From Chiloscyllium plagiosum (taxonomy: Eukaryota), in assembly GCF_004010195.1 (NCBI RefSeq), contig NC_057711.1, forward strand, positions 72,695,226 to 72,759,225: a stretch of DNA of 64,000 bases, in the 5' to 3' direction. Every line of letters starts with the position of its first letter. Position 1 is the first letter of the stretch. Both the position numbers and the translations under genes were made by a program. The notes beneath the pieces were generated by a model, which saw nothing but the letters and a program-made list of their open reading frames with translations, was not told the origin of the DNA and searched no databases. Shown piece after piece: positions 39,850 through 52,916 of this stretch.

Positions 39850-40160
39850 GAAAACGAGTATTAAAGATTGCCCATATCCATCTTCATAAATCATCCAAAT
39901 TCATTCTTCCTTAGTTCATTTTTAGCTGAAACCCTCATCCACCCCTTTTTATCTTAAACATAGACAATTCTAATACATTTCTACTTACATGCATCATATT
40001 TGTCCTCTGTAAACTTAAGGCAATCTAAAACTTCAGTAGCAGTGTCCTGACGTGCACTAAGTCTAATTTGCCCACCATCCCTGTCCTACGTTGGCTCTCA
40101 GTTAAATAAAGGCATGGATTTTAAATATCTCATGATTATTTTCAAATACCCCCACTGCTC
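39850..40160 (+). mobile_element. Old L2-type LINE RT C-terminal fragment
   Basis: AETLIH...IDNSN...LCKLKAI.NFSSSVLT.TK...PVL..WL.V, which matches the L2 motif LIHAFVTSRLDYCN...HITPVL..LHWLPV. Confidence 0.6.
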
Positions 40161-40354
40161 CATAAGACATTGCAGACTGAGGTAAGGAAAAGGATTCTAT
40201 CCTATAACAGCACCCAACAGTTAAAAAAAAAAGCTACACAACAGCTTGTTCTCACTGTTTAGGTTTGTCCATGAAACAGATCTCCACAAATACAAATTAT
40301 GATCAAAACTCTAAGAGCACTTATGAGTGAAAATGAATTTCTAAATACATTATC

Positions 40355-40440
40355 TGGAGATTTTTGAGAAGATTTGTAGCTCAGGTTGAGGTTCTGGGTG
40401 TAAGTTTATTCAGCAAGCAAACTTACAACTTACACCCACC
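40355..40440. mobile_element. Tiny PLE terminal remnant with inverted end
   Basis: gagaagatttgtagctcaggttg matches the end at 19420-19445. It is followed by an inverted gggtgtaagttt / aacttacaccc. Confidence 0.5.
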
Positions 40441-40649
40441 CACATTAACTGGGCATTCATGATTTTTAGGCCTCAATTGACCAAGACTACTGATGAATTT
40501 GATATAGTGTCACAGGTATTCATTAATCATCACAGCAAAGGATGTGTTTGCAACTTCATGGCAGCAGATCCAATCAACAGAATAATTGTGCTTATGATAG
40601 CACCTATTCCAATAAGGTCACCACAATGGTAACAGTAGTGAGGAAGAAG

Positions 40650-42480
40650 GGAGCTGTTCTAATGGATGAGCTCCTCCTGAATCATGCTGGGACCAGAGTC
40701 CTGGTGAATCACATAACTAGAGCTCTGAATAGGATTTTCAACTAAATCATGGGGAGAGGTTGGGTTCAATTGCATGAAAAATTGTGGAAAACATTTACAT
40801 AGGGGAGGGATCAGCAGAGGTTATTGAGTTTCCAGTATAGGACAGAAAATATGGAAAGGCTCAGGAATCTAACTTCAGACACAGCAAATAAAGCGAGTGC
40901 CTAGGCAAAAATTTCAGTCAATATAGGACTGAGGGTGTTGTATTTAAATACATGCAGTATATGAAACAAGGTAAATGTAGTGCAGATTGAAATTGGCAGG
41001 TACCATATTGTGGGTATCACAGAAGCATGGCTGTAAGGCAATCAGAGCCAGGAACTAAATATCAAAGAATACACATCCTAATGAAAGGACAGGCAAAAGA
41101 ACAGAGGGGGCAGGGTTGCCCTGTAGTAAGAAACTAAGTTAAATCAACAGCAAGGAGTGATTTGGAGTCAGAAGGCATAGAATCTATGGGGGTAGCGTTG
41201 TGGAACTGCAAAGGATAAAAAGACCTTGATGGGAGAGGCGTATAAGTCATCAGAATGTGGGAAGAAAATAAAATCAGGAGATAGAAAAGGCATGTAGAAA
41301 AGTCACATTACAATAATTATGGGGATTTCAATATGCAGGTGGACTGGGAAAATCAGGTTGATAGCAGATCTCAAGAAAAGGAATTCATGGAATGTCGACA
41401 GGATGTTTTTTTTGGAACAGCTTGAGGTAGATTTGGTGATGTGTAATGAGGCAGACTTGATCAGGGAGCTTCAGGTGAAGAAACCACTGGAAACCAGGTA
41501 ATTCTGCAGGGGTCAGTGTTAGGACTGCAACAATTCATGTTATATATTAACTATCTGGACGAAGGAACTGAGGGTGTTCTTGCTAAGTTTGTAAATGACA
41601 CAAAGGTAGGTGGAAGGACAGGCAGTGTTGAAAAGGTGGGAAATCTGCAGAAGGACTTAGATAGGCTAGGAGAGTCACAGATGGAATACAATGAGGGAAA
41701 GTGGCAGGTTATGTACTTTGGTAGGAAGAATAGAGACATAGACTATTTTCTAAACAATGAAAGACTTCGGATGTTGAAGTACAAAGGGACTTGGGAGTCC
41801 GAGTTCAGGATTCTCCTAAGTTAACATGCAGATTCAGCTAACAGTTAAGAGGGCAAATGCAATATTAATATTCATTTCAAGAGGGCTAGATATACTCCTG
41901 AGGCTGTATAAGGGTCTAGTCAAATGGTATTTGAAATATTCTGAGCTGTCTTGGGCCCTGTATCTAAAAAAGAATGTGCTGGCCTTGGAGGGATCCAGAA
42001 GGGGTTTACAAGAATAATCCTGAGGAGAAAGTCTTGCCATTGAGGAATGGTTGAAGACTCTGGATTTGTACTCAGTGGAGTTTACATGGATGGGGAGTGG
42101 GGTGGATCTGATTGAAACTTACAGCAGAGACCAGGATTGAGTGGCCATGGAGGAGATGTTTCTGGTAACAAGAGAGACTAGGACCCAAGGGCACAGCCTC
42201 AGAGTGAAAGGATGACCCTTTCGAACTGAGCTGAAGAGGGATTCCTTCAGTCAGAAGGCGGTTAATTTGTGGAACTCATTGTTGAAGAGGGCTGTCAAGG
42301 CCAAGTCATTGAGACTATTTAGAAAGAGAGAGACAGATTCTTAATTGGTAAGGGAATCAAGGGTTTTGGGGAAAAGGCAGGAGAATGGAATTGAGAAGCA
42401 TATCAGTCATGATCAAATGGAGGAGCAGGTTTGATGGGCCGAATAGCCTAATTCTGCTTCAATATCTTATGGTCGTTTGG
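40650..42480 (+). mobile_element. Old CR1 with a large internal deletion (endonuclease joined to RT near 41500)
   Basis: IIMGDFN, then GSVLGLQQFMLYINYLDEG...KFVNDTK. 3' end tcttatggtc. Confidence 0.8.
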
Positions 42481-42693
42481 CCTTAGTCCAACTGGAACAT
42501 GTGTCTGCTCTGTTATTAAAGAAAGGTAACTCGTGATGGTTTAACCTGAGGGTTACCAAGCCTCAGGCAAAGAGAGAGGCTGAGAAGGTGAGTCCTCCAA
42601 TAGAAGCATCACAAAAATACCTTCCTAGACTACCCTAAAGTTAAAGAATGAAAAGCTCTGCTGCAGTGAATCTAATTCTGAAGCTATACTCAT

Positions 42694-43039
42694 GGGTAGA
42701 CATATGGTGGCTCAATGGTTAGCACAGCTGCTCCACAGTGCTAGATACCTGGGTTTGATTCCAACCTTGGGTGACTGCCTGTGTGGAGTTTGCACATTGT
42801 TCTTGTGTCTGTGTGGGTTTCCTCCAGGTGCTCCGGTTTCATTTTACAGTCCAAAGATTAGGTGGATTGGCCATGGTAAATTCCCCACAGTGTCCAGGGG
42901 TGCGCAGGCTAGGTGGATTAGCCATGGTAAGTGCAGGATTACAAGAATATATTAAGGGATTGGTCCTGGGTGGGATTTTCTTTGTCAGGTCAATGGGGAC
43001 TTGATGGGCCAAATTCCACACTGTAATGATTCTATGATT
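42694..43039 (+). mobile_element. HE1-type V-SINE
   Basis: tRNA head, V-domain and gattctatgatt tail. Confidence 0.85.
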
Positions 43040-43229
43040 TTAGACAGAATCTTCAGAACTATGCATAATTTGTCCATCATTGACAAGAGAGCCACTGCAA
43101 ACAGGCATAGTAAGCAATGAGGGCAGAGCATCGCAAACAAATGCACAAAAGAAATGACTCAATAGGGCATGTGCTTCCAGAACGTATTTGAGCTCCCAAT
43201 GCAGAAAGCAACTAGTTTTAAGCTTGTAT

Positions 43230-43500
43230 TGAATCTGCATGGTGAGGAATTCTTTCACCTTCACAAAGACTATAAACATAATGTATATTGATAACAATGC
43301 TTGCGAAGGTGCTCTATAAACCTGTTCAACATTTCAAGCCTATTCGCAAATGTACCACTCAACGAAACCATAGACATTTGTGCCATGTCATTATAGATTG
43401 TGCATAATTTAGACATACTGCCATTTTCTGAATCTGTATTCATTGAATTTATGAACTTAACATCTCATGCATTGGAATTCAACTTTAATGACACCACATA
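43230..43500 (+). mobile_element. Old Penelope RT fragment
   Basis: NISSLFANVPLNETIDIC...FIEFMNL...EFNFNDT, similar to PLE RT SFD..SLFTNVP..ETI...F.FN. Confidence 0.55.
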
Positions 43501-43799
43501 GTAATCACAAAAGGCAGAGGTGTGGACTTGAAGGAGATAATAGTGAAAGTGAGGCGATGAAGGAATTTTAAAGCTATCGTATATGGGCCTGAAAAGATAA
43601 ATAATTCATTGACGACAGTACGCACTACCCATTGTGATAATTTCACAGGGACTTGGTCAGTAAAACAAAGGAGCTCAAGTTCTCTTGTGGTGAAGTGGTA
43701 GTGTTTCTACTTCTAGATTAGGAGACCTGGGTTAAAGTCCTATCTACTCCACAGGTGTGTCAGAACATCTCTGAACAGGTTAATTTGAACATGTTATGG

Positions 43800-46700
43800 A
43801 GTCATAGAGATGTACAGCATGGAAACAGACCCTTTGGTCCAACCTGTCCATGCCAACCAGATATCCCAATCCAATCTAGTTCCACCTGCTAGTACCTGGC
43901 CCACATCCCTTCAAATCCTTCCTATTCATATACCCAACAAAAATGCCTCTTAAATGTTGCAATTGTACCAGCCTCCACCACTTCCTCTGGCAGCTCATTC
44001 CATTCACGTACCACCCTCTGTGTGAAAACGTTGCCACGTAGGTCTCTTTTATATCTTTCCCCTCTCACCCTAAACCTATGCCCTCTAGTTCTGGACTCCC
44101 TGAAACCAGGGAAAGGACTTTGCCTATTTACCCAATCCACGCCCCTCATACTTTTGTAAACCTCTATAAGGTCACCTCTCAGCCTCCGACACTCCAGGGA
44201 AAACAGCCCCAGCCTGTTCAGTCTCTCCTTATAGCTCAAATTCTCCAACCCTGGCAACATCCTTGTAAATCTTTTCTGAACCCTTTCAAGTTTCGCAACA
44301 TCTTTCCAATAGGAAGGAGACCAGAACTGCACACAATATTTCAACAGTGGCCTAACCAATGTCCTGTACAGCCGCAACATGACCTTCCAATTCCTGTACT
44401 CAATACTCTGACCAATAACGGAAAGCATACCAAATGCCTTCTTCACTATCCTATCTACCTGCAACTCCACTTTCAAGGAGCTATGAACCTACACTCCAAG
44501 GTCTCTTTGTTCAGCACACTCCCTAGGACCTCACCATTAAGTGTATAAGTCCTGCTAAGATTTGCTTTCCCAAAATGCAGCACCTTGCATTTATCTGAAT
44601 TAAACTCCATCTGCCACTTCTCAGCCCATTGGCCCATCTGGTCAAGATCCTGTTGTAATCTGAGGTAACCCTCTTCGCTGTCCAATACACCTCCAATTTT
44701 GGTGTCATCTGCAAACTTACTAATTGTACCTCTTATGCTCGCATCCAAATCATTTATGTAAAAGACAAAAAGTAGAGGGCCCAGCACCGATCCTTGTGGC
44801 ACTCCACTGATTACAGGCCTCCAGTCTGAAAAACAACCCTCCACCACCACCCTCTGTCTTCTACCTTTAAGCCAGTGCTGTATCCAAATGGCTTGCTCCC
44901 CCTCTATTCCGTGAGATCTAACCTTGCTAACCAGTCTCCCATCGGGAACCTTGTTGAACGCCTTACTGAAGTCCGTATAGATCACATCTACTGCTCTGCC
45001 CTCATCAATCCTCTTTGTTACTTCTTTAAAAAACTCAATCAAGTTTGTGAGACATGATTTCCCATGCACAAAGCCATGTTGACTATCCCTAATCAGTCCT
45101 TGACTTTCCAAATACATATACATCCTGTCCCTCAGGATTCCCTCCAACAACTTGCCCACCACCGATGTCAGGCTCACTGGTCTATAGTTCCCTGACTTGC
45201 CCTTACCACCCTTCTTAAAACAGTGGCACCACATTTGCCAACCTCCAGTCTTCCAGCACTTCACCTGTGACTATCGATGATACAAATATCTCAGCAAGAG
45301 GCCCAGCAATCACTTCTCTAGCTTCCTACAGAGTTCAAGGGTACACCTGATCAGGTCTGGGGATTTATCCACCTTTATCCATTTCAAGATATCCAGCACT
45401 TCCTCCTCTGGAAAATGGACATTTTGCAAGATGTCACCATCTATTTCCCTACAGTCAATATCTTCCATATTCTTTTGTAAAGTAAATACTGATGCAAAAT
45501 ACTCATTTAGTATCTCCCCTATTTTCTGTGGCTCCACACAAAGGCCTCCTTGCTGATCTTTGAGGGGCCCTATTCTCTCCCTGGTTACCCTTTTGTCCTA
45601 AATATATTTGTAAAAACCCTTTGGATTCTCCTTAATTCTATTTGTCAAAGCTATCTCATGTCCCCGTTTTGCCCTCCTGATTCCCTCTTAAGTATATTCC
45701 TCCTTCCTTTATACTTTTCTAAGGATTCACTCGATCTATCCTATCTATACCGGACAATATGCTTCCTTCTTTTTCTTAATCAAACCCTCAATTTCTTTAG
45801 TCATCCAGCATTCCCTATACCTACCAGCCTTTCCTTTCACCCTGACAGGAATATACTTTCTCTGGATTCTCACTATCTCATTTCTGAAGGCTTCCCATTT
45901 TCCAGCTGTCCCTTTACTTACGAACATCTGCCTCCAATCAGCTTTCAAAAGTTCTTGCCTAATACCGTCAAAATTGGCCTTTCTCCAATTTAGAACTTCA
46001 ACTTTTAGATCTGGTCTATCCTTTTCCATCACTATTTTAAATCTAATAGAATTATGGTCGCTGGCCCCAAAGTGGTCCCCCACTGATACCTCAGTCACCG
46101 GCCTGCCTTATTTCCAAAGTGTAGGTCAGGGATTGCACCTTCTCCAGTAGGTATATCCACATACTGAATCAGAAAATTGTCTTGTATGCACTTGACAAAT
46201 TCCTCTCCATCTAAACCTTTAACATTATGGCAGTCCCTAGTCTATGTTTGGAAAGTTAAAATCCCCTACCATAACCACACTATTTTTCTTACAGATAGCT
46301 GAGATCTCCTTGCAAGTTTGTTTCTCAATTTCCCTCTGACTATTAGGGGGGCTATAATACAATCCCAATAAGGTGATTATCCCTTTCTTATTTCTCAGTT
46401 CCACCCAAATAACTTCTCTGGATGTATTTCCGGGAATATCCTCCCTCAGCACAGCTGTAATCCTATCCCTTATCAAAAATGCCACACCCCCTCCTCTCTT
46501 GCCTCCCTTTCTATCCTTCCTGTAGCATTTGTATCCTGGAACATTAAGCTGCAACTCCTGTCCATCACTGAGCCATGTTTCCGTAATTGCTATGATATCC
46601 CAGTCCCATGTTCCAAACCATGCCCTGAGTTCATCTGCCTTCCCTGTTAGGCCCCTTGCATTGAAATAAATGCAATTTAATGTATTAGTCCTACCTTGTT

Positions 46701-47952
46701 CCTGCCTGCCCTGACTGTTTGACTCGCTTCTGTTCTCATCTGTACCAGTCTCAGATTGATCTCTTTCCTCACTATCTCCCTGGGTACCATACCCCCCCCC
46801 CCCCCCTCACTAGTTTAAATCTTCCTTTGCAGCTCCGGCAATCTATCCTCCTATTCCTGCCCTCACTAGCTCATAGCACTGGGAGTAATCCAGATATTAC
46901 TACTCTTGAGGAACTCCTTTTTAAATTTCTGCCTAACTCTGTAATCTCCCTTCAGAATCTCAACCTTTTCCCTTCCTATGTCGTTGGTTCCAATGTGGAC
47001 AATGACCTCCTGCTGGCCCCTCTCCCCCGTGAGAACATTCTGCACCCCCTCTGAGACATCCTTGATCTTGGCACCAGGGAAGCAACACACCATTCTGCTT
47101 TTTCGCTGCTAGCTACAGAAACGTCTGTCTGTACCTCGGACTACAGAATCCTCTAACACAATTGATCTTTTGGAAGCCGACGTACCCCTCGTTGCATTAG
47201 AGCCAGTCTCAATACCAGAAACGTGGCTGTTCGTGCTACATTCCCCTGAGAATCCATCACCCCCTACATTTTTCAAAACAGCCTACCTGTTTGAAATGGG
47301 TATAGCCACAGAAAACACCTGTATTAGGTGCCTACCTCTCTTACCTTTCCTCGAGTTAACTCATCTATGTGACTGTATCTGAAACTTTCCCCCCTTCCTA
47401 TAACTGCCATCCATCACATACCGTTGCTGTTGCAAATTCCCCATTGCTTCTATCTGTCTCTCAACCGATCTATTTGAACTGATAAGATTCCCATCCAACA
47501 GCATTTATGGCAGATATAATCCGTAGTAACTCTTAAACTCTCTTTAAACTCCCATATCTGACAAGAAATACATATCACTGTACTAAAGGTCGTTTTTGCC
47601 CTTTCACAATCTACAGACCCAGAAAATAACACCATCTTATTCCTCTACAAAACACTGCCCCAGGTTAAATTAATAGTTATGGCTTATATTTTAAGTTTAA
47701 TCAAGAGACATATCTCCAAAAACATATAATCAAGAAAGAACCCATTCTAATCACTACTGCAGCCTCTCTGTTGGACACACTTAAAACAATGATTAACTTA
47801 TCTGATTCTGTGCTGTGAACTTCACCCAAACAGGTTCCTCCAAGATTCGTTGTGAATTTCACTGTTTGTTAATTTTCCCAGACGCACACCGATGTCCAGC
47901 GAAACATGAATTCAAAACAGCAAAAACAGTAACTGTGTAGGTTCTCTCTCTC

Positions 47953-48000
<48 letters not shown>

Positions 48001-48215
48001 CTGCACTGTCCTCACCACGTGCTCCCTTTGTCTGTTATTCTCCCTTTTAAAACTGCAGTTGTTTTGACTTTTTTTTCCAAAGTTCGAAAACAATGCAGTG
48101 GCATATAAAACAGGAATTGCTGCTCCTGGAGTTCGAGGAAATCACCTCCAGCATCTAAAATATCTCAAAAAAAAGGAGCAGCTGCTACATCCAGAAATTT
48201 TTCCCATCCTCCATC
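43800..48215 (-). mobile_element. Near-full-length CR1 LINE (copy B)
   Basis: RT ORFs 44473-45264 (GVPQGSVLGP, FADDTK) and 43922-44476. Endonuclease ORFs 45745-46554. ORF1 about 46810-47600 with an approximately 150-bp deletion near 46842. Confidence 0.95.
47943..47997. repeat. (CT)n microsatellite in the CR1 5' UTR
   Basis: Expanded relative to the short gaga tract in copy A near 30990. Confidence 0.9.
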
Positions 48216-48648
48216 ATAATCTTTAAAGCTTGGGCCAGGAGACCTGGGGTCAAATCACTCTGGCTGCAGAGGTGACTAATAACATCTCTGACCAGGTTGG
48301 TGGGAATGCATCTAAGGGAGGAGATAGACCTAGAACTACTTTGCTCCTAACAGCCTCCTATGTAATTTAGGGCTTACTCATGCAATCTGTAAACAGTAAC
48401 AGTATAAGGTTTGTATTGTTGTTCCACAAGACTCTTCCAATTACACCTGAAAAGTGAATAGCCTCATCCATATTTGACCAAGGAACATATCAACAACAAA
48501 AACAGGGGTAAGAATTAAACAATAGATATGTTGCTTAAGAGGGAACCAATGTGGGTCAGTTTGCAATGCAGAGGAATGCTAACGGTGTGGGTTCAGTTCC
48601 TACACTGGTTGTGGTTACCATGAAGGTGACAAGTGAACAGAAATTGGT

Positions 48649-48736
48649 TGAAACTTTATTGCTGGAACAGCACAGCAGGTCAGGCAGCATCCAGGGAACA
48701 GGAGATTCGACGTTTCGGGCACAGGCCCTTCTTCAG
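48649..48736 (-). mobile_element. PLE-terminus mini-element with an intact hammerhead core
   Basis: TSD gaaattggt (48640-48648 and 48737-48745). Minus strand ttc-CTGAAGA-a-GGGC-ctgt-GCCC-GAAA-cg-TC-gaa at 48736->48709. Confidence 0.82.
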
Positions 48737-49109
48737 GAAATTGGTGTGTGTTTGGACGTGGGAATCAGAGTACTGAGTGGCCTTACATGAACAGAGAGTA
48801 GAATCTAGGAAAAAAGCCAGGAGTGCATTAGAAAAATCAAGACTTGAGGTAGCAAAGGTTTAGAATATGGCTTCTGAACTGGCTGAACTAAAGCAGAAAC
48901 AGAATTGAGTGCTTTTACAGACCATCACAGGATAAGTGGGTGGCAGTTCATTTTGTGACTAAATGTGACTCAAAGACTGAGAACAGGCTGGTTCAGGCTC
49001 AATCAGTTTCCAAGGAGGTGGATGGGGTTCGTGGAAAGGGCGCAGTGTTTATGGTAGGTTGTAAATATAATAGTGTTGGTATTTTCGATACTTAAGTGAA
49101 AGAATTATA

Positions 49110-49416
49110 TAATCTCTATAGTGTGGAAGCAGGTCATTCAGTCTATCAAGTCCACACCGATCCTTCAAACAGCATCTCACCCTACCCTGGTAACTCCCAT
49201 GGCTAATCCACCTAACCTGTTCAACCCTGGGTACTATGGACAAATTAGCATGGTCAATCCACCTAACCTGCACATCTTGGGAAGAAATCAGAGCACCCTG
49301 AGGAAACCTACGCAGACACTGAAAGAATGTACAAACTCACACAAACAGTTGCCCGAGGGTTGAATTGCACCGGGGTTCCTGGCACCATGAGGCTGAAATA
49401 CTAACCACTGAGCAAC
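49110..49416 (-). mobile_element. HE1-type V-SINE (diverged)
   Basis: Similar to the other HE1 copies. Confidence 0.8.
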
Positions 49417-49559
49417 CTCAAAAAAGGTTTATGCTCATCCTGATGTCAATCAAGTAGTTAGAGACAGTGGAAATATTAAGACTGATGGAGATGAGGTAGA
49501 GCTACATGGTGTCAGCATGTATGTGGGTGATACTTAATTGAATTAGCAGTAGAGGTGAC

Positions 49560-50160
49560 TGAAGATTGTTTTTGTGACTAGAAGATTGTGTCGAGTGGTG
49601 TACCACAGAGTTCAGCTAGGTCCTTTGCTGTTTGTAGCTTACATTAATGATGGAGACATGCATATAGGAGGTATGATCAGTATGTTCACAAATGATACAA
49701 AAATTGATGATCTGGCAAATAGAGGGGGGAAACATTAGACCAAATAGGCAGATCTGTGGCAAATAGAATTTCATTCTGACAAGTGTAAGGTGTTGCATCT
49801 TGAGAAGATTAACAAATAAAGGGAGTACATAACCAGTGGTATGACCCTAGGAAGTACAAAGGATTAGAGGGACTTTGGCATGCATGTCCATAGGTTCTTA
49901 GCTTGGTTGGCTGGTTTGCAATGCAGAGGAATGCTAACGGTGTGGGTTCAATTCCTACAATGGTTATGGTTACCATGAAGGACTCTGCTCTTAACCTCTC
50001 CCTTTTCCTGAAGTCAGGCAACCCTATGGTAAAACCACCACAAGTTGTCTCCCTCTGTAATGTGGAAGCAGGACTTTGGTGACTTTATGTTTAGATCCTT
50101 GAAGGCAGCACAACAGGTAGACAAGGTGGCATATGGGATACTTGCCTTCGTTAGTTAAGA
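49560..50160 (+). mobile_element. Old CR1 RT fragment with a nested tRNA-derived SINE (about 49897-50090)
   Basis: SGVPQSS.LGPLLF...FTNDTK. SINE head tagcttggttggctgg...gggttcaattcc, with related copies at 30500-30660 (-), 42480-42600 (-) and 48550-48626 (+). Confidence 0.65.
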
Positions 50161-50329
50161 AGTGCAAGATGAAAAGTTCTGATTTTGTGTTCTTTTTAAG
50201 TTCTATATTGCCATGCAAGAGGGAAGAAATATGATAAAATTCAAAAGCTATCACCACATTTCTGTTTCCATCTTGCATTACTTGGTCTGAGCTATTTCAG
50301 ATTAAGGGAAAATAGCAAACCTCCCCTTA

Positions 50330-52050
50330 ACACCCCACTAGCCATAAGAATAGCAGAGCAAAACGGCCGCAGAATGCTTAGAGAAATTATTAATGATGCC
50401 CACAACAGACTCTGTAAATACAACTGAAAAATTTTGCATCAAAAATCTTTCCTCAGTGATGCAACAGACCATGAATGGACAGACACAGTACAACAAGCCA
50501 TAGGTATTAGACGGCGACAAACACAGAAAATGAAAAAACTAGACTTGCAGAAAAAGCTAGACAAACTTACACAAAGTAACAACAATGACAACTCAGAAGC
50601 ATAGATAAAAAACTTATCTGACCGATCCTTAACAGACACTGAAAAAGTCGTCTTAGTAAGCGGATTAAATTACAACTGCCAGGATGTGGACAAGAAAGAT
50701 TTCTTAGCAGCATTAGAAACAACACCGAAAGACGACCAACTCACAGAAGAAACCCAACAAACCATCAGATAGACAGTCACACCAACATTAAGCAGGAAAA
50801 AGGAAGGAAACACATTCAATACACAGAAAGGAAAGCATTGGAAAGACTAAAAAAAACATTGTTATCCTAACTGCAGACAAAGGACGCTTGACAGTCATTC
50901 TAAATCGTAGAGACTACATTGAAAAAGCAAACGCACTACTTACAGATACCAACACTTACCAACAAGTGGCAATAGACCTAACCCCACAACTGGAGAACTG
51001 AATCACAGCACACTCAAAAAAATTCAGAAATCTGGAGAAATAAATAAGACTGACTTCCAAAAAATGAAACCAGACAGATCCAACACACCACGCTTCTACG
51101 GATTACTAAATATTCACAAACCAGGAGCCCCCCTCAGCCCCATAGTCTCACTACCTGGAACACCCACTTACAGATTGGCTAAGGAGCTACACCAAAGACT
51201 AAAACACTCAGTAGAAAACTCACACACCTCCATCAACTCCACTCAAGAATTCCTGAAGACCATCAAAGACACTAAGATAGAAGAGGATGAAATTAAGGTC
51301 TCTTTTGATGTACCAGCCCTGTTTACTTCAATCAACATTAACCTGGCCAAGGAAACACTGACTACACTATTCGAAGACCCAAAAACACGTACAGCAAACT
51401 TCTCAAAAGGGAGAATATCATCAAGCTAGTGGACCTATGCCTTACCATCCACTTCACCTTCAACAATAAAACCTACAGACAAACCATTGGAACACCCATG
51501 GGATCTCCGATATCAGGGTTCTTAGCAGAGATAGTAATGCAGAGACTCAAACAAACAACTCTGCCAACCATCCATCCCAAACTTTGGGTCCGCCACGTGG
51601 ATACCTTTGTCATCACTAAACGATACAAATTACAAGAAAGCTTCAAGACCATCAATAATACCCTTACTGGCATAAAATTCACTAAAGAGGAAGAAAACAA
51701 CAACAAACTGCCATTCTTAGATGTCACAGTAGAGTGAACAGCCAATGGGAAACTTCAAACCAGCGTCTACAGGAAAACAACACATATGGGACCAAATATT
51801 GAACTACAGAAGCAACCATACCAACACCCACAGATGAAGCTGCATCAGAGCATTATTCCAACGAGCCACCACACACTGCAGCACAGAGGAACTACACAGA
51901 ACAGAGGAAAATCAGTTATAGAGTGTATATAAAGAGAAAGCCGAAATGTTCAGCATTGCTTCGCCTGAGGCCCACTGAAGATGTTACCTAGTAAGGTAAC
52001 AAAACATCTGGAAATTAACCTTGCAGCTCAGCGAGCAAACCTACATCCAA
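50330..52050 (+). mobile_element. Penelope-like element: RT pseudogene lacking GIY-YIG, with terminal hammerhead
   Basis: LTADKG, PRFYGLLNIHKPGAPLSPIVS, VSFDVPALFTSI, GTPMGSPISG, WVRHVD, KFTKEEENNNKLPFLDV. Jumps to the terminal sequence near 51930. Confidence 0.92.
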
Positions 52051-52379
52051 CAGCAGGGGTCTCAAACTCAAGCAAATTCCCCTCGCCGTTACTATTGTTT
52101 GGAAAAATCATTTGCACATTTTAAACTCTTGTTTACATAGCCAGAACTCTGCTGTAAATTGCTTTTCATTTTATTTTGAGCAGGCATTCAACACTACATC
52201 AAATATGGTGCTAGAAATGTTGAGTTTAAAGTGTGTGAATTTTCAGAACTATAAAAGAACCAAGAATCATTTTGCATCCAAATGTTTATCTGGAAAGAAG
52301 CAATTCAAATCCATAATGGTGACCAGAGAATTGACAAATGTTGAGTCTAATGAATCATTGTACATAACACATAAAGTAG

Positions 52380-52500
52380 ACCTGACAAAGGAGCTGCGCT
52401 CCGAAAGCCTGTGATTTCAAATAAACCTGTTGGACTGTAACCTGGTGTCATGTGACTTTTGATTTTGTCCACTCCTGTCGAACACCAGCACCTCCACATC
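52380..52500 (+). mobile_element. Short hammerhead-headed repeat of a distinct family
   Basis: TSD aaagtag (52373-52379 and 52501-52507). Core ctgacaa-a-GGAGC-tgc-GCTCC-GAAA-gc, followed by aataaa. Confidence 0.7.
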
Positions 52501-52627
52501 AAAGTAGTCACCAACAGATCTAAAGATGATAAATGGTTTGTGCCTATTGGATTGATGACTGCAGAAAGAGAACAAGAAGTGAATGTGAAGTGTCAGATAG
52601 ACTTCAGTGCTTTGAGCAACAGTATGG

Positions 52628-52916
52628 TAGAATCCCTACACTGTAGATACAGGTCATTTAGCCCAACAAGTCCACACTACTACTCCAAAGAATAACCCAC
52701 CCAGATCCATTCCCCTAACTAATGCACCTAGTCTACACATCCCTGAACACTATGGGCAATTTCGCTTTGTCAATTCACCTAACGTGCACACCTTTGGATT
52801 GTGGGAGGAAACCCATGGTGAGAATGTGTAAACTCCACACAGACAGTTGCACAAGGCTAGAATCAAACCCAAGTCCTTGGTACTGAGGCAGCAGTACTAA
52901 CCACTGAGCCACTGTA
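52628..52916 (-). mobile_element. HE1-type V-SINE (diverged)
   Basis: Similar to the other HE1 copies. Confidence 0.8.

Noticed and set aside
44473..45264. Active reverse transcriptase gene
   Set aside because: The RT core is open, but ORF2 is broken by upstream stops and frameshifts, so the element is non-autonomous.
43685..48305. Direct repeats flanking CR1 copy B as LTRs
   Set aside because: They are diverged copies of a short tRNA-derived repeat found elsewhere (5685, 19258). No TG...CA ends or TSD.
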